Assembly (NCBI GenBank): GCA_019417045.1
Contig: DXWE01000002.1
Coordinates: 1-23,238 of the forward strand
From: Oscillospiraceae bacterium
GTDB lineage: Bacteria > Bacillota > Clostridia > Oscillospirales > Acutalibacteraceae
Length of the DNA stretch: 23,238 bases
Direction: 5' to 3'
Part shown: in pieces, positions 1-8,875 of the stretch
How the letters are laid out: each line of letters opens with the position of its first letter
Numbering within the stretch: the stretch's first letter is position 1
Notes under the pieces: generated by a model
Told to the model about the DNA's origin: nothing
Databases searched by the model: none
Seen by the model: only the letters and a program-made list of their open reading frames with translations
Made by a program: the position numbers and the translations under genes

Positions 1-169
1 TCCGGACAGCTCGATTAGATTACCACATCTCGGCCCGCTTGTCAAGCCCTTTTTGCGGGTTTTGGGAATCCGGAGACACGGTTGCGGGGCCGCGGGGATC
101 TGATTTCCGATTCCCGCCGGATCCCCGCTCCCCCAGCAATGTTTAAAATGCAGGTTGCAAAAAAAGATC

Positions 170-198
170 TTGCATTTTTTGTCGGAATGCGGTATGAT
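170..198 (+). promoter_or_regulatory. Putative sigma-A promoter for the aminotransferase gene: TTGCAT (170-175), 17-nt spacer, TATGAT (193-198)
   Basis: Hexamers with 17-bp spacing about 55 nt upstream of the ATG at 255. The RBS AAGGGAG lies about 10 nt upstream of that ATG. Confidence 0.3.
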
Positions 199-254
199 AT
201 ATCCCGCTGTCTGAATACCTGATTACAGATTTATAGAAAGGGAGAGATGATCCC

Positions 255-1538
255 ATGGAACTCTCGTCCATGTCGCCCGACCAGCTGCAAGCCCGCCGGG
301 CCGCACTGGAGGAATCCTATGCCGCGTACAAGGCGCAGAACCTGCATCTGGATATGTCCCGTGGCAAACCCGGTCCGGAGCAGCTCGCGCTCACCGTGCG
401 TATGCTCGAATGTGTCAACGAACGGGACGGCTATCTGACGGAGGACGGGGTGGATACCCGCAACTACGGCCTGCTGGAGGGGATTCCGGAGGCGCGGCGG
501 CTGTTTGGGGACATTCTTGGCATGGATCCGCAAAACGTGATTGTCGGGGGCAACTCCAGCCTGAATCTGATGTATGATTACATAGCGGCGGCCTTTGCGA
601 AGGGTGTGTGCGGGGAGAAGCCGTGGGCCAGGCAGGGCGCGGTGAAGTTTTTGTGTCCCGCTCCCGGCTACGACCGGCATTTCGCCATCACGGAGTTTTT
701 CGGCATGGAGCTGATCCCGGTGGAGATGGACGAGAACGGCCCGGATGTGGACGCCGTGGAACAGCTGGTGAAGGATCCGCTTGTCAAGGGGATCTGGTGC
801 GTGCCGATGTATTCCAATCCCGGCGGGATCACCTATTCGGACGAGACGGTGCGGCGGCTGGCGCGGCTGCGTCCCGCAGCGCCGGATTTTCGCATGATGT
901 GGGACAACGCCTATTGCCTGCATCACCTGGGTCGCGAGCACGACACGCTGCTGAATGTCTATGACGAGGCAGTCAAGGCGGGAAATGAGGATATGGTGGT
1001 GCTGTTTGCCTCCACCTCCAAGATCAGCTTTCCCGGTTCGGGGATCTCCGCGATCGCGGCCAGCCCGCGCAATATGGCGGACATCAAGGCGCGGTTGCAG
1101 GTGGAGACCATCGGGTACGACAAATTGAACATGCTCCGACACATCCGGTTTTTCGGGGATATCGAGGGCGTGAAGGCGCACATGGAGAAACATGCGGCCA
1201 TTCTCCGTCCGAAGTTCGACGTGGTGCTCCGCACGCTGGAGGAAAAGCTCGGGGGCACGGGCGTCGCCACGTGGAGCCATCCGCTCGGCGGATACTTTGT
1301 CAGCGTGGATCTGATGGACGGCTGTGCCGGCAGGACGGCGGCGCTGCTGCGGGACGCGGGGGTGGTCATCACAGGCGCCGGTGCGACCTATCCCTACGGG
1401 AAGGACCCGCGGGATCGCAACATCCGCCTGGCGCCCACCTATCCGCCGGTGTCGGAATTGCAGACGGCGATGGAGCTGTTCTGCATCTGTGCACAACTCG
1501 CGGCCATCGACGTGCTGCTGGGGACAGACGCACGGTAA
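255..1538 (+). CDS. PLP-dependent aminotransferase, class I/II fold (putative aspartate-aminotransferase-like family), 427 aa
   Basis: Uninterrupted 427-aa ORF with an RBS. N-terminal 'LDMSRGKPGPEQL' and overall length and composition match the ~420-aa clostridial putative aminotransferase family. The antisense 421-aa ORF is a GC shadow. Confidence 0.7.
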   Translation: MELSSMSPDQLQARRAALEESYAAYKAQNLHLDMSRGKPGPEQLALTVRMLECVNERDGYLTEDGVDTRNYGLLEGIPEARRLFGDILGMDPQNVIVGGNSSLNLMYDYIAAAFAKGVCGEKPWARQGAVKFLCPAPGYDRHFAITEFFGMELIPVEMDENGPDVDAVEQLVKDPLVKGIWCVPMYSNPGGITYSDETVRRLARLRPAAPDFRMMWDNAYCLHHLGREHDTLLNVYDEAVKAGNEDMVVLFASTSKISFPGSGISAIAASPRNMADIKARLQVETIGYDKLNMLRHIRFFGDIEGVKAHMEKHAAILRPKFDVVLRTLEEKLGGTGVATWSHPLGGYFVSVDLMDGCAGRTAALLRDAGVVITGAGATYPYGKDPRDRNIRLAPTYPPVSELQTAMELFCICAQLAAIDVLLGTDAR

Positions 1539-1558
1539 AAGCGTAAAAAAATGGACAG

Positions 1559-1594
1559 GAAACCGCCGGAATGATTGACAATTCCGGCGGTTTC
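1559..1594 (+). terminator. 14-bp perfect stem (GAAACCGCCGGAAT / ATTCCGGCGGTTTC) with an 8-nt loop, just downstream of the aminotransferase stop. Candidate terminator or attenuator, but no U-tract follows.
   Basis: Inverted repeat read directly. It is followed by TCCTATAATAC rather than a T-run, so intrinsic-terminator function is uncertain. Confidence 0.35.
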
Positions 1595-1603
1595 TCCTAT
1601 AAT
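1575..1603 (+). promoter_or_regulatory. Perfect consensus sigma-A promoter for secDF: TTGACA (1575-1580), 17 bp, TATAAT (1598-1603). The -35 lies in the hairpin loop.
   Basis: Exact consensus hexamers with optimal 17-bp spacing, 67 nt upstream of the secD ATG (1670). RBS GGGAGG at 1655-1660. Confidence 0.55.
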
Positions 1604-1669
1604 ACTATATTGTGTTCAACGGACAGGCGCGGCTTGTCCGGACAAACGATACAGTGGGAGGACAAGCCG

Positions 1670-3106
1670 ATGAAGCGAACACCAAAAGCCGTATTCTTCA
1701 TCGTGGCTCTGTTGATCTTCGGGCTGGCATACACGTCCATTTTTGGCGTGTATACCTATTATGGAGACCGTCAAGACACGATCATACGCGGCGCGGACAA
1801 CATTCGGCTGGGCATGGATATCAAGGGCGGCGTGGACGCCACCTTTGGCCCGGCAGAGGATGTGGGGGACATCACGTCCAAACAGGTGGACGATGTCCGG
1901 GAAGTGATCGAGCAGCGCCTGGTGCTGCAGGGCATCACGGATTATGAAGTGTATTCGGACCAGACGAACCACTCGGTCATCGTGCGGTTCCCGTGGGCGA
2001 GCGACGAGGCGGATTACGACCCGGCGGCCGCCATTGAAGAGCTCGGGCGGACGGCCCAGCTCGAGTTCCACATCGGGAAAGCCTACGAGACGGTTGAGGA
2101 TGAGGAGGGCAACGAGATCCAGAAGCCCACCGGGGAGCTGATCCTCACGGGCGACGACGTGGACTCCGCGACGGTCATGTTTGACCAGGAGACCGGGGAG
2201 CCGGTGATCCAGCTCGAGCTCAAGGCGTCCGGCACGGACAAATTCTCCGATGCCACCGCCAAGCAGTACGCGGTATACCAGGCGGACAAAAGCAAGGACG
2301 CGACCATCTCGATCTGGCTGGACAATGAGATGATCTCCGCGCCGACAGTGGAGGCGCACATCACCGACGGTGTGGCCACGATCTCCGGCGGCTTTGCGGA
2401 TGCCTCCGAGGCCTATACCACTGCCAACCTGATCAACTCCGGCGCACTGCCGTTCAACATTGAGGTCAAGAGCTTCGGCACGGTGCCCCCGACCCTCGGG
2501 GAGAAGGCGCTGGACGCGATGATCCTGGCCGGCATTATCGCTTTTATCCTGGTGTCGGTGTACATCCTGCTCTATTACCGCCTGTCCGGGTTCGTGGCGG
2601 TCATCGCGCTGGTGGGCCAGGTGGCGGCTTCGCTCGCGGCCATCTCGGGCTATTTCGGCTTCTTCAACGGCTTCACCCTGACCCTGCCCGGCATTGCGGG
2701 TATCATTCTCGGCATCGGGATGGGCGTGGACGCGAACGTCATCACGTCCGAGCGGATCAAGGAGGAGATCCGGGCCGGCAAGACGATCGACGGCGCGATC
2801 AACGTGGGTTCCAAGAACTCCTTCTCCGCCATTTTCGACGGCAATGTAACGGTCGCGATTGTCGCGATCATCCTGATGGGCGTGTTCGGGCCGCCGGATA
2901 ATCTCTGCGCGCTGATCCTGAAGCCCTTCCTGTTCATGTTCCCCCCGGCGACAACCGGCACGGTGTACTCGTTCGGATACACCCTTTTCGTGGGGATTAT
3001 CTTCAACTTTGTGTTCGGCGTGCTGGCGTCCCGGCTGATGCTCAAGTCCATCACCCGGTTCAAGTGCCTGCGCAAACCCTGGCTGCTGGGAGGTGAACGG
3101 GCATGA
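1670..3106 (+). CDS. secD: Protein translocase subunit SecD
   Basis: Signal-anchor N-terminus (MKRTPKAVFFIVALLIFGLAY), a large periplasmic-type domain, then six C-terminal TM helices typical of SecD. The true start is the ATG at 1670 with RBS GGGAGG; the tool ORF begins upstream at 1571. It is followed by secF with a 4-bp overlap. Confidence 0.9.
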   Translation: MKRTPKAVFFIVALLIFGLAYTSIFGVYTYYGDRQDTIIRGADNIRLGMDIKGGVDATFGPAEDVGDITSKQVDDVREVIEQRLVLQGITDYEVYSDQTNHSVIVRFPWASDEADYDPAAAIEELGRTAQLEFHIGKAYETVEDEEGNEIQKPTGELILTGDDVDSATVMFDQETGEPVIQLELKASGTDKFSDATAKQYAVYQADKSKDATISIWLDNEMISAPTVEAHITDGVATISGGFADASEAYTTANLINSGALPFNIEVKSFGTVPPTLGEKALDAMILAGIIAFILVSVYILLYYRLSGFVAVIALVGQVAASLAAISGYFGFFNGFTLTLPGIAGIILGIGMGVDANVITSERIKEEIRAGKTIDGAINVGSKNSFSAIFDGNVTVAIVAIILMGVFGPPDNLCALILKPFLFMFPPATTGTVYSFGYTLFVGIIFNFVFGVLASRLMLKSITRFKCLRKPWLLGGERA

Positions 3107-4053
3107 AAAAGCTGTTTACGGGCAAATTTGACTATATCGCCTCCCGCAAATTCTGCATCTTTCTCTCCCTGGCCGTGATCCTGATTGGGATCGTGTGCAA
3201 CCTGATTTTCGGCACGGATCTGGACGTCACCTTCAAGGGCGGCACCCTGATTAAATACAGCTATTCCGGAGACTTGAACCTGTCAGAGGTGGCCGACTAT
3301 GTCAGCAGTGATTTCGGCTACGAGGGCGTAGACGTCAAATCCTCGTCCTCGAGCGGCCTGCAGATGATCGATGTATACACGACCAACAGCCTGACCATGG
3401 AGGAGCAGGAGGCATTTACGGCCAAGCTGACCGAGCGGTTTGCGGCAAACGGGCTCGAGCAGGACCGGGTCAACTCCCTGAGCGCGACCATGGGAACTCT
3501 GTTCTTTGTCAAATGCCTGGTGGCCATTGCGCTGGCCGGCCTGTTCCTGATTCTCTATGTCTCCCTCCGGTTCCGCAAGATCGGCGGCTGGACTGCGGGC
3601 GTCATGGCGGTGGCCGCGCTGGTGCACGACATGCTGATCGCCTACTTTGCGTTTGTGATCTTCCGCATCCCACTGGATGGCAACTTCGTCGCCGTGTTGC
3701 TGACCATCCTCGGGTATTCGCTGAACGACACGATCGTCATCTATGACCGGATCCGTGAAAACCGGCGCCTGATGGATGCCAAGACGCCGATTGCGGAAGT
3801 GGTGAACACCAGTCTGAACCAGTCCTTCGCCCGTGTGTTCAACACGAGCCTGGCGACGATCGTCGCCATCGGGACGGTGGCGGTCATCTCCCTGATTCTC
3901 GGACTGGACGCCATTATCAGCTTTGCTGTTCCCATGCTGGTGGGCCTGATCGCCGGCTTCTACTCCTCCACCTTCCTGTGTGTCCCGCTGTGGGCGCTGT
4001 GGACGGAGAAACGACAGGCCAAAAAGGCAGCGACCGCCAAATCCAGGAAATGA
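3103..4053 (+). CDS. secF: Protein translocase subunit SecF
   Basis: 316 aa. An N-terminal TM helix, a periplasmic domain, then an RND-like TM bundle. ATGA overlap with the secD stop gives the canonical secDF arrangement. Confidence 0.9.
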   Translation: MKKLFTGKFDYIASRKFCIFLSLAVILIGIVCNLIFGTDLDVTFKGGTLIKYSYSGDLNLSEVADYVSSDFGYEGVDVKSSSSSGLQMIDVYTTNSLTMEEQEAFTAKLTERFAANGLEQDRVNSLSATMGTLFFVKCLVAIALAGLFLILYVSLRFRKIGGWTAGVMAVAALVHDMLIAYFAFVIFRIPLDGNFVAVLLTILGYSLNDTIVIYDRIRENRRLMDAKTPIAEVVNTSLNQSFARVFNTSLATIVAIGTVAVISLILGLDAIISFAVPMLVGLIAGFYSSTFLCVPLWALWTEKRQAKKAATAKSRK

Positions 4054-4068
4054 TACTCACTTAGAAAT

Positions 4069-4106
4069 GGAGTGGGGCCGGAATCCGGCCCCACTCCTCT
4101 TTTTTG
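4069..4106 (+). terminator. Rho-independent terminator of secDF
   Basis: GGAGTGGGGCCGG-AAT-CCGGCCCCACTCC is a 13-bp GC-rich stem, followed by TCTTTTTTG, 15 nt after the secF stop. Confidence 0.85.
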
Positions 4107-4339
4107 CACAGCGTTTTTTTAACCGGCCAGGCGTGTATGTTTGTGAGATTCTATTCCCTTAACGCTGCAAGATTTCTCTGCCGTCTTTCGCCTCCCTTTT
4201 GCCTCGGACGGCGGGACCCTTCCCTCTCCCGGACCGCGTCCCATCCGTTTGGGTGCGCGCACCCCTTCGCCGCCCCATCGTCGGCAGGGGAGGGAAGCCC
4301 CCTTCTGATCCTGCCTGTTTCCGTTCCTTTCTCCGGACA

Positions 4340-4379
4340 AACACATACGCCCGCGGGAATACCCGCGGGCGTATGTGTT
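4340..4379 (-). terminator. 18-bp perfect palindromic hairpin (AACACATACGCCCGCGGG-AATA-CCCGCGGGCGTATGTGTT), 24 nt downstream of the GH5 gene stop. Probable terminator of the GH5 operon.
   Basis: Perfect inverted repeat read from the sequence. On the minus strand it is followed by TTTGTCC, a weak U-tract. It sits between convergent secF (+) and GH5 (-). Confidence 0.55.
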
Positions 4380-4402
4380 ATCTATCCAGGATACCAGAAA
4401 CC

Positions 4403-6811
4403 TTATGCAGAGGCCACCGTGGCCTGCAGAATCAACCGGGCATCCGTGCTGTTGATCGCGCCGTTCCCGTCCACATCCGCCGCCGCCTGCTGCTGCGCAT
4501 CCAGCTCGATCAGCTCCACGGTGAACTGCAACACCAGCCGGGCGTCGCTGCTGTTCACAAGCCCGTCGCCGTTGACGTCTCCCTTTTGCCCCGTGGACAG
4601 GCTGACGGGCATCACCTCGATATAGTCGATCACTGCCTCGCCGCCGAACCCGCCGGAGACCTCAATTGTGTTGACACCGGCCTGCAGCTTCAGTTGGACG
4701 GTCCTGTGCTGTACCATCTCCTCGCTTCCGTTCCGGATCGGGGCCATCTGCACCACGGTACCCGTCCCCTCGCCCGCACGGATGAGGACCGTTTTGTCCG
4801 CATTGCCACTATAGGCGATCGTCACATCATAGGTGCCCTCGGCGGCGACCTCCACCGTAAAGGCCAGCCGATTCAGGGAGGACCAGTTGCCGGCCGTATA
4901 CGCCGCGTTCTTGTCCGAGCCGTTCATCAGCCCGCCGACCGCCTGGCCGCCGGAATACTGGCTGCCGCTCTCGGTGCTGCCCTGCCCGGCGGGAACCGCG
5001 TCCGCGTCCTCCGCCTCATACCGCTGGCTGGACGGGTTCTCCTCGGTCTGTTCTACGGTGGCGGACGGCAGATTCAGCTCGATATAATCGATATTCGCCC
5101 AGGCGCCGCTGCCGACCACACCCGAGACACAGATCTCGTTGGATCCCTCCTGCAGCGTCACGGGAATCGTCTTGGTCCACAGAACATCCCAGCTGCCCGT
5201 TCCCTGCTGCGACAGCTCGACGGTCTGCTGGACGCCGTTCACCTTTACGAGAATGGTCTTGTCGTCGTCCCCGTTATACCCGATCCGGAGCTGATACTCG
5301 CCGGCCTTTTCCACCTGTAACCGATACTGTACGTAGCGGATGTTAGACCAGTCTGCACTCACCTGACTGATCGGGATCTCCGACCCGAGCCCACCCGCGG
5401 CGAGCTTGCCGGAGAAGAAGGTTTGCCGCTCGAATCCGGTCGGCGCATCCTCCTTGTCCATGTTGGAATTCACCACCGTCGCGTAGACGGGATCCTCTGC
5501 CTCAAACCGGGTCCAGCCCGTCTCCACCGCCGGAGACTGGCTGTCGGCGATGGCCTCTTTCACATAGTCGACCGTACTGGTTTTGTTGAAACCCAGAGTG
5601 CTCAGGGTGCTACCCCACTTCTGTTTGATCGTCTCGAAAGAGTCGTTGTAGGGATCGACTTCCGGCAGATCCTTCCAGTACCAGAACCAGTTGCCGTTGT
5701 TGCCCTTGCCGCCCTTGTAGCTCCAGGTCGTCCAGTGAATCCCATACTTGGTATATACATCGAAGGATTCCATATTGCTGAACTCGCCCATATACCCGGC
5801 GACGCCATATGCCTTCATGTTCTCGAACAGATCCTGGACCTCGTTTTCAAACGCCCAGATATAATCGGAATAGGTGTGGATCTGGTACATCATGTTGTAC
5901 CAGCCCTCCTCTGCGGGATCCGGCAGATAATTGCTGCTCCAGATACCCTCCAGCGTGATGATATGGCGGGTATCCACTTCACGGATCGCGGCCACCATCC
6001 GCCGGTAGATGCTGTTCGTCATCTCCTGGGTGGAGGAGAGCTGGGGCAGATAGAAATGCTCGTGCCCCCAGCTGCTGCCGTTGTTCTGCGGCTCGTTCAT
6101 GATGTCGTACGCCGCCACCGCCGGCTCGTCCTTATACCGCTCGGCGATCGCCACCCACAGCTTCTCCATGGCGGCCTGATACGCCTCATTGGTGTACAGA
6201 TCGTTTTCCTCCAGCGTCCCGGTGCTGTGATTGAGGCTCTGCCCACCGGGGCAGCCGTGCATGTCGAGGATCACGTACATCCCGCGCCGGCTCGCCTGCT
6301 CGATGGCCCAGTCCAGCCGCTGGAACCCGGGGTTGTCGTCCGGATCCTCGGTGATCCAGTCCCCTTCGGGATTGAGCATGAAGTTGCGGTACCAGAACGG
6401 GATCCGCACCACATTGCAGCCGGCATCGCGGACGACGTCGAAATCATAGCCGGTGATCCAGTTGTCCTGATACGTGTCAAACAGCTCCTGGATCTGCTCC
6501 TGCGTAAAGCCACGGGACTCAAAGACCTCGATCGTGTTGAGGTTGGCCCATTCGTTGTCCTCCCCTGCGATCGGGCACATCCAGTTTTCCTGAATCAGCC
6601 AGCCGCCGAAGTTGGTGCCCTGCAGGAGCACCTTTTCCCCCCGCTGGTTGACGATATCGGTGCCCTGCACATGCAGGAAATCCGCCTCCGTCAGCTGCTC
6701 ACTGGTGCTTGCCGCCGCACTCGTCAGCGGGACGCTCGTCCCCGCCAGCAGGATCGAACACAGCATGCACAGAGACAGCAGTGCGGAAATTCCCCGTTTC
6801 ATCCGTTTCAT
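4403..6811 (-). CDS. Cellulosomal GH5 glycoside hydrolase, 802 aa: signal peptide, GH5 catalytic module, two CBM6/35-like modules, C-terminal type-I dockerin
   Basis: GH5 hallmarks are present: NEP acid/base ('DIMNEPQNNG') and GEF nucleophile ('GYMGEFSN'). Two beta-sandwich modules each end in '..IDYIEL/V', as in CBM6/35. The C-terminus carries duplicated calcium-binding dockerin repeats 'GDVNGDGLVNSSDARLVLQ' and 'ADVDGNGAINSTDARLILQ'. Confidence 0.85.
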   Translation of the reverse strand: MKRMKRGISALLSLCMLCSILLAGTSVPLTSAAASTSEQLTEADFLHVQGTDIVNQRGEKVLLQGTNFGGWLIQENWMCPIAGEDNEWANLNTIEVFESRGFTQEQIQELFDTYQDNWITGYDFDVVRDAGCNVVRIPFWYRNFMLNPEGDWITEDPDDNPGFQRLDWAIEQASRRGMYVILDMHGCPGGQSLNHSTGTLEENDLYTNEAYQAAMEKLWVAIAERYKDEPAVAAYDIMNEPQNNGSSWGHEHFYLPQLSSTQEMTNSIYRRMVAAIREVDTRHIITLEGIWSSNYLPDPAEEGWYNMMYQIHTYSDYIWAFENEVQDLFENMKAYGVAGYMGEFSNMESFDVYTKYGIHWTTWSYKGGKGNNGNWFWYWKDLPEVDPYNDSFETIKQKWGSTLSTLGFNKTSTVDYVKEAIADSQSPAVETGWTRFEAEDPVYATVVNSNMDKEDAPTGFERQTFFSGKLAAGGLGSEIPISQVSADWSNIRYVQYRLQVEKAGEYQLRIGYNGDDDKTILVKVNGVQQTVELSQQGTGSWDVLWTKTIPVTLQEGSNEICVSGVVGSGAWANIDYIELNLPSATVEQTEENPSSQRYEAEDADAVPAGQGSTESGSQYSGGQAVGGLMNGSDKNAAYTAGNWSSLNRLAFTVEVAAEGTYDVTIAYSGNADKTVLIRAGEGTGTVVQMAPIRNGSEEMVQHRTVQLKLQAGVNTIEVSGGFGGEAVIDYIEVMPVSLSTGQKGDVNGDGLVNSSDARLVLQFTVELIELDAQQQAAADVDGNGAINSTDARLILQATVASA

Positions 6812-6830
6812 CTGACAACCGACCCCTTTC

Positions 6831-8759
6831 TTAACCGCTGACAGCCGTCTGTAAAATCAGGCGGGCGTCAGAACTGTTGATCTGCCCATTCACATCCATA
6901 TCCGCCAGCACCTGCTCGTCGATCGTCAGCTCCCTCAGGTCGACGGTCGCCTGCAGGACCATACGCGCGTCGCTGCTGTTGACAAAGCCATCCTGATTGA
7001 CATCCCCCTGCCGGATAGCCGGCTTGGGTTTGCCGATATCGATATAATCGTAGTTGATCCAGTTGTCATTGGCGGCTCCCTGCGTGCTGCCGGTGAGCCA
7101 GAGAACGGTGGTACCGGCGGGAAGCTCCACATCCCACGACCGTGTCTGCACCGTCTGCCAGCCGCCTGTTGAGGGCAGCGCCAGCCGCTCCCAGCTCTCC
7201 GCCGGCTGATCCCCCACCCGGAGATAGGCAATCACCTGTGTGGTGGTGGTCGCGTATCCGATCCGCAGCCGGTAGACCCCGGCCTCCGGCACGGTCACCG
7301 TGAATTTGACATACGGCACATTCGACCAGTCGGAGGCGATCTCCGAAACAGTCTGGATCTCGGCGTCGGTATTCAGGTTGCCGATAAACTGCCGGCCGGA
7401 GAAATTCTCGTTGTTGGTATTGAGCTTGGCGTTCTCGCTCCACTCGCCCTTTTCCGCCTCATACCGCGTCCAGGACTCCACCAGACTGTCGTCCGGGTCC
7501 ACATACGCGGCGGCCCGCACGGCGTCGATCACCCAGTCGTTGGCCTGGAAATTGCCGCTGTCCGTGCGCAGGGCACTGCCCCATTTCTGCTTGATCGTCT
7601 CAAAGGAATCACTGGTGGTATCGGCGATCGGCAGATCCGAGACAAACCAGCCCCAGCCACCGACCTGCTTGCCCGCCTTATACGTCCAGGTGGTCCAGCT
7701 GATCCCGCTCTGCTCGCAGATCGCGATCCCGTCCAGGTTGCTGAACTCGCCGACATAGCCCGCCACGCCGTAGCGGTTGCACACGTCCACCAGGCTGTCG
7801 ATGCCGCTCTGGAATCCCTCGTTATCGTTGTACAGGTGAAGCTGGTACATCATGTTGGTCCAGCCGTACTGTGCCGGATCGGGCAGATTGGAGATGCTCC
7901 AGATCCCCTCGATCGTGATCACATGGTCCGGATCCTGCTCCCGGATCACCGGGATCATCATGGCATAGATCTTGTTGGAGAGCTCCCACGAGGTGGGGTC
8001 ATTATAGGGATCCCAGTTGTTCGGGCCGTCGTAACCCGCGTTGTTCTGCGGCTCGTTCATCACGTCGTAAGCCGCGACCGCGGGCTCGTCCTTGTACCGC
8101 TCGGCAATCGCCGCCCACAGGCTCTTCATGGCCTCCTGGTAGACGGTATTGGTATAGAGCTCATTCTTGCCGAGCGTACCACAGCAGTGATCCTTGCTCT
8201 GCCCGCCGGGACAGCCGTGCATGTCCAGGATCACATACATCCCGCGCTCTTTGCACTCCTCAATCACCCAGTCCAGCCGCAAAAACCCGGGATTTTCGTC
8301 CGGATTCTCGTTGATCCAGGTGCCCGAGGCACTGGTCATGAAGTTGCGGTACCAGAACGGCACGCGCACCACATTGGCGCCTGTCTCCGCAATGAGATCC
8401 AAATCATATTCGGTGATCCAGTTGTCCTGATAGGTGTCAAACAGCTCCTGGATCTGCGCCTCGGTAAAGCCCCGGTTTTGCAGCGCTGCAATGCTGTCGA
8501 GGTTGGCCCACTGCCGGTCCTCGCCGTTGACCGGGCACATCCAGCTCTCCTGGATCAGCCAGCCGCCGAGGTTCACCCCGCGCAGCACCACCGTCTCCCC
8601 CTTGCGGTTGACCAGCTTTCCGTCCTCCACCGACAGGAAATCCCAATAATTCAGCGGCTGCCGGGCCGAAGAGGCAGGCAGAGCCGCCGCCGGCAGCGCC
8701 AGCCCGATCAGCAGGCAGACCGACAGAATTCCCGATACCAGTTGCTTCCACTTCTTCAT
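6831..8759 (-). CDS. Cellulosomal GH5 glycoside hydrolase, 643 aa: signal peptide (MKKWKQLVSGILSVCLLIGLALPAAA), GH5, one CBM35-like module, type-I dockerin
   Basis: Paralog of the flanking GH5 genes (LRGVNLGGWLIQESWMCP, NEPQNN, GEFSN). Dockerin repeats are 'GDVNQDGFVNSSDARMVLQ' and 'DMDVNGQINSSDARLILQ'. The start is the ATG at 8759 (RBS GGGAG); the tool ORF runs further upstream to 8960. It lies 19 bp from the next gene, so co-transcription is likely. Confidence 0.85.
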   Translation of the reverse strand: MKKWKQLVSGILSVCLLIGLALPAAALPASSARQPLNYWDFLSVEDGKLVNRKGETVVLRGVNLGGWLIQESWMCPVNGEDRQWANLDSIAALQNRGFTEAQIQELFDTYQDNWITEYDLDLIAETGANVVRVPFWYRNFMTSASGTWINENPDENPGFLRLDWVIEECKERGMYVILDMHGCPGGQSKDHCCGTLGKNELYTNTVYQEAMKSLWAAIAERYKDEPAVAAYDVMNEPQNNAGYDGPNNWDPYNDPTSWELSNKIYAMMIPVIREQDPDHVITIEGIWSISNLPDPAQYGWTNMMYQLHLYNDNEGFQSGIDSLVDVCNRYGVAGYVGEFSNLDGIAICEQSGISWTTWTYKAGKQVGGWGWFVSDLPIADTTSDSFETIKQKWGSALRTDSGNFQANDWVIDAVRAAAYVDPDDSLVESWTRYEAEKGEWSENAKLNTNNENFSGRQFIGNLNTDAEIQTVSEIASDWSNVPYVKFTVTVPEAGVYRLRIGYATTTTQVIAYLRVGDQPAESWERLALPSTGGWQTVQTRSWDVELPAGTTVLWLTGSTQGAANDNWINYDYIDIGKPKPAIRQGDVNQDGFVNSSDARMVLQATVDLRELTIDEQVLADMDVNGQINSSDARLILQTAVSG

Positions 8760-8875
8760 TGTACTACTCCCATTCCTTCTGTGGCATACGCGGGTCTGCA
8801 ACCCGTTTGCCGGATGTGTGCGCGCCAAAGCCGCCGCTCGCCCTGCGCTCGTATGAATTTCTCCTCGTGCGCCCC

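Noticed and set aside
35-63. Possible terminator (CCCGC … GCGGG + TTTT) at the window start
   Set aside because: The stem is only 5 bp with a 15-nt loop and the upstream gene is outside the window. This is too weak to call.
231-1496. 421-aa minus-strand ORF fully overlapping the aminotransferase gene
   Set aside because: It is antisense to a well-supported coding gene and has Arg/Pro/His/Gly-rich composition typical of GC3-driven shadow ORFs.
4104-4625. 173-aa plus-strand ORF spanning the secF/GH5 intergenic region into the GH5 3' end
   Set aside because: It runs through two terminators and into an antisense coding region. It has no RBS and a low-complexity product.
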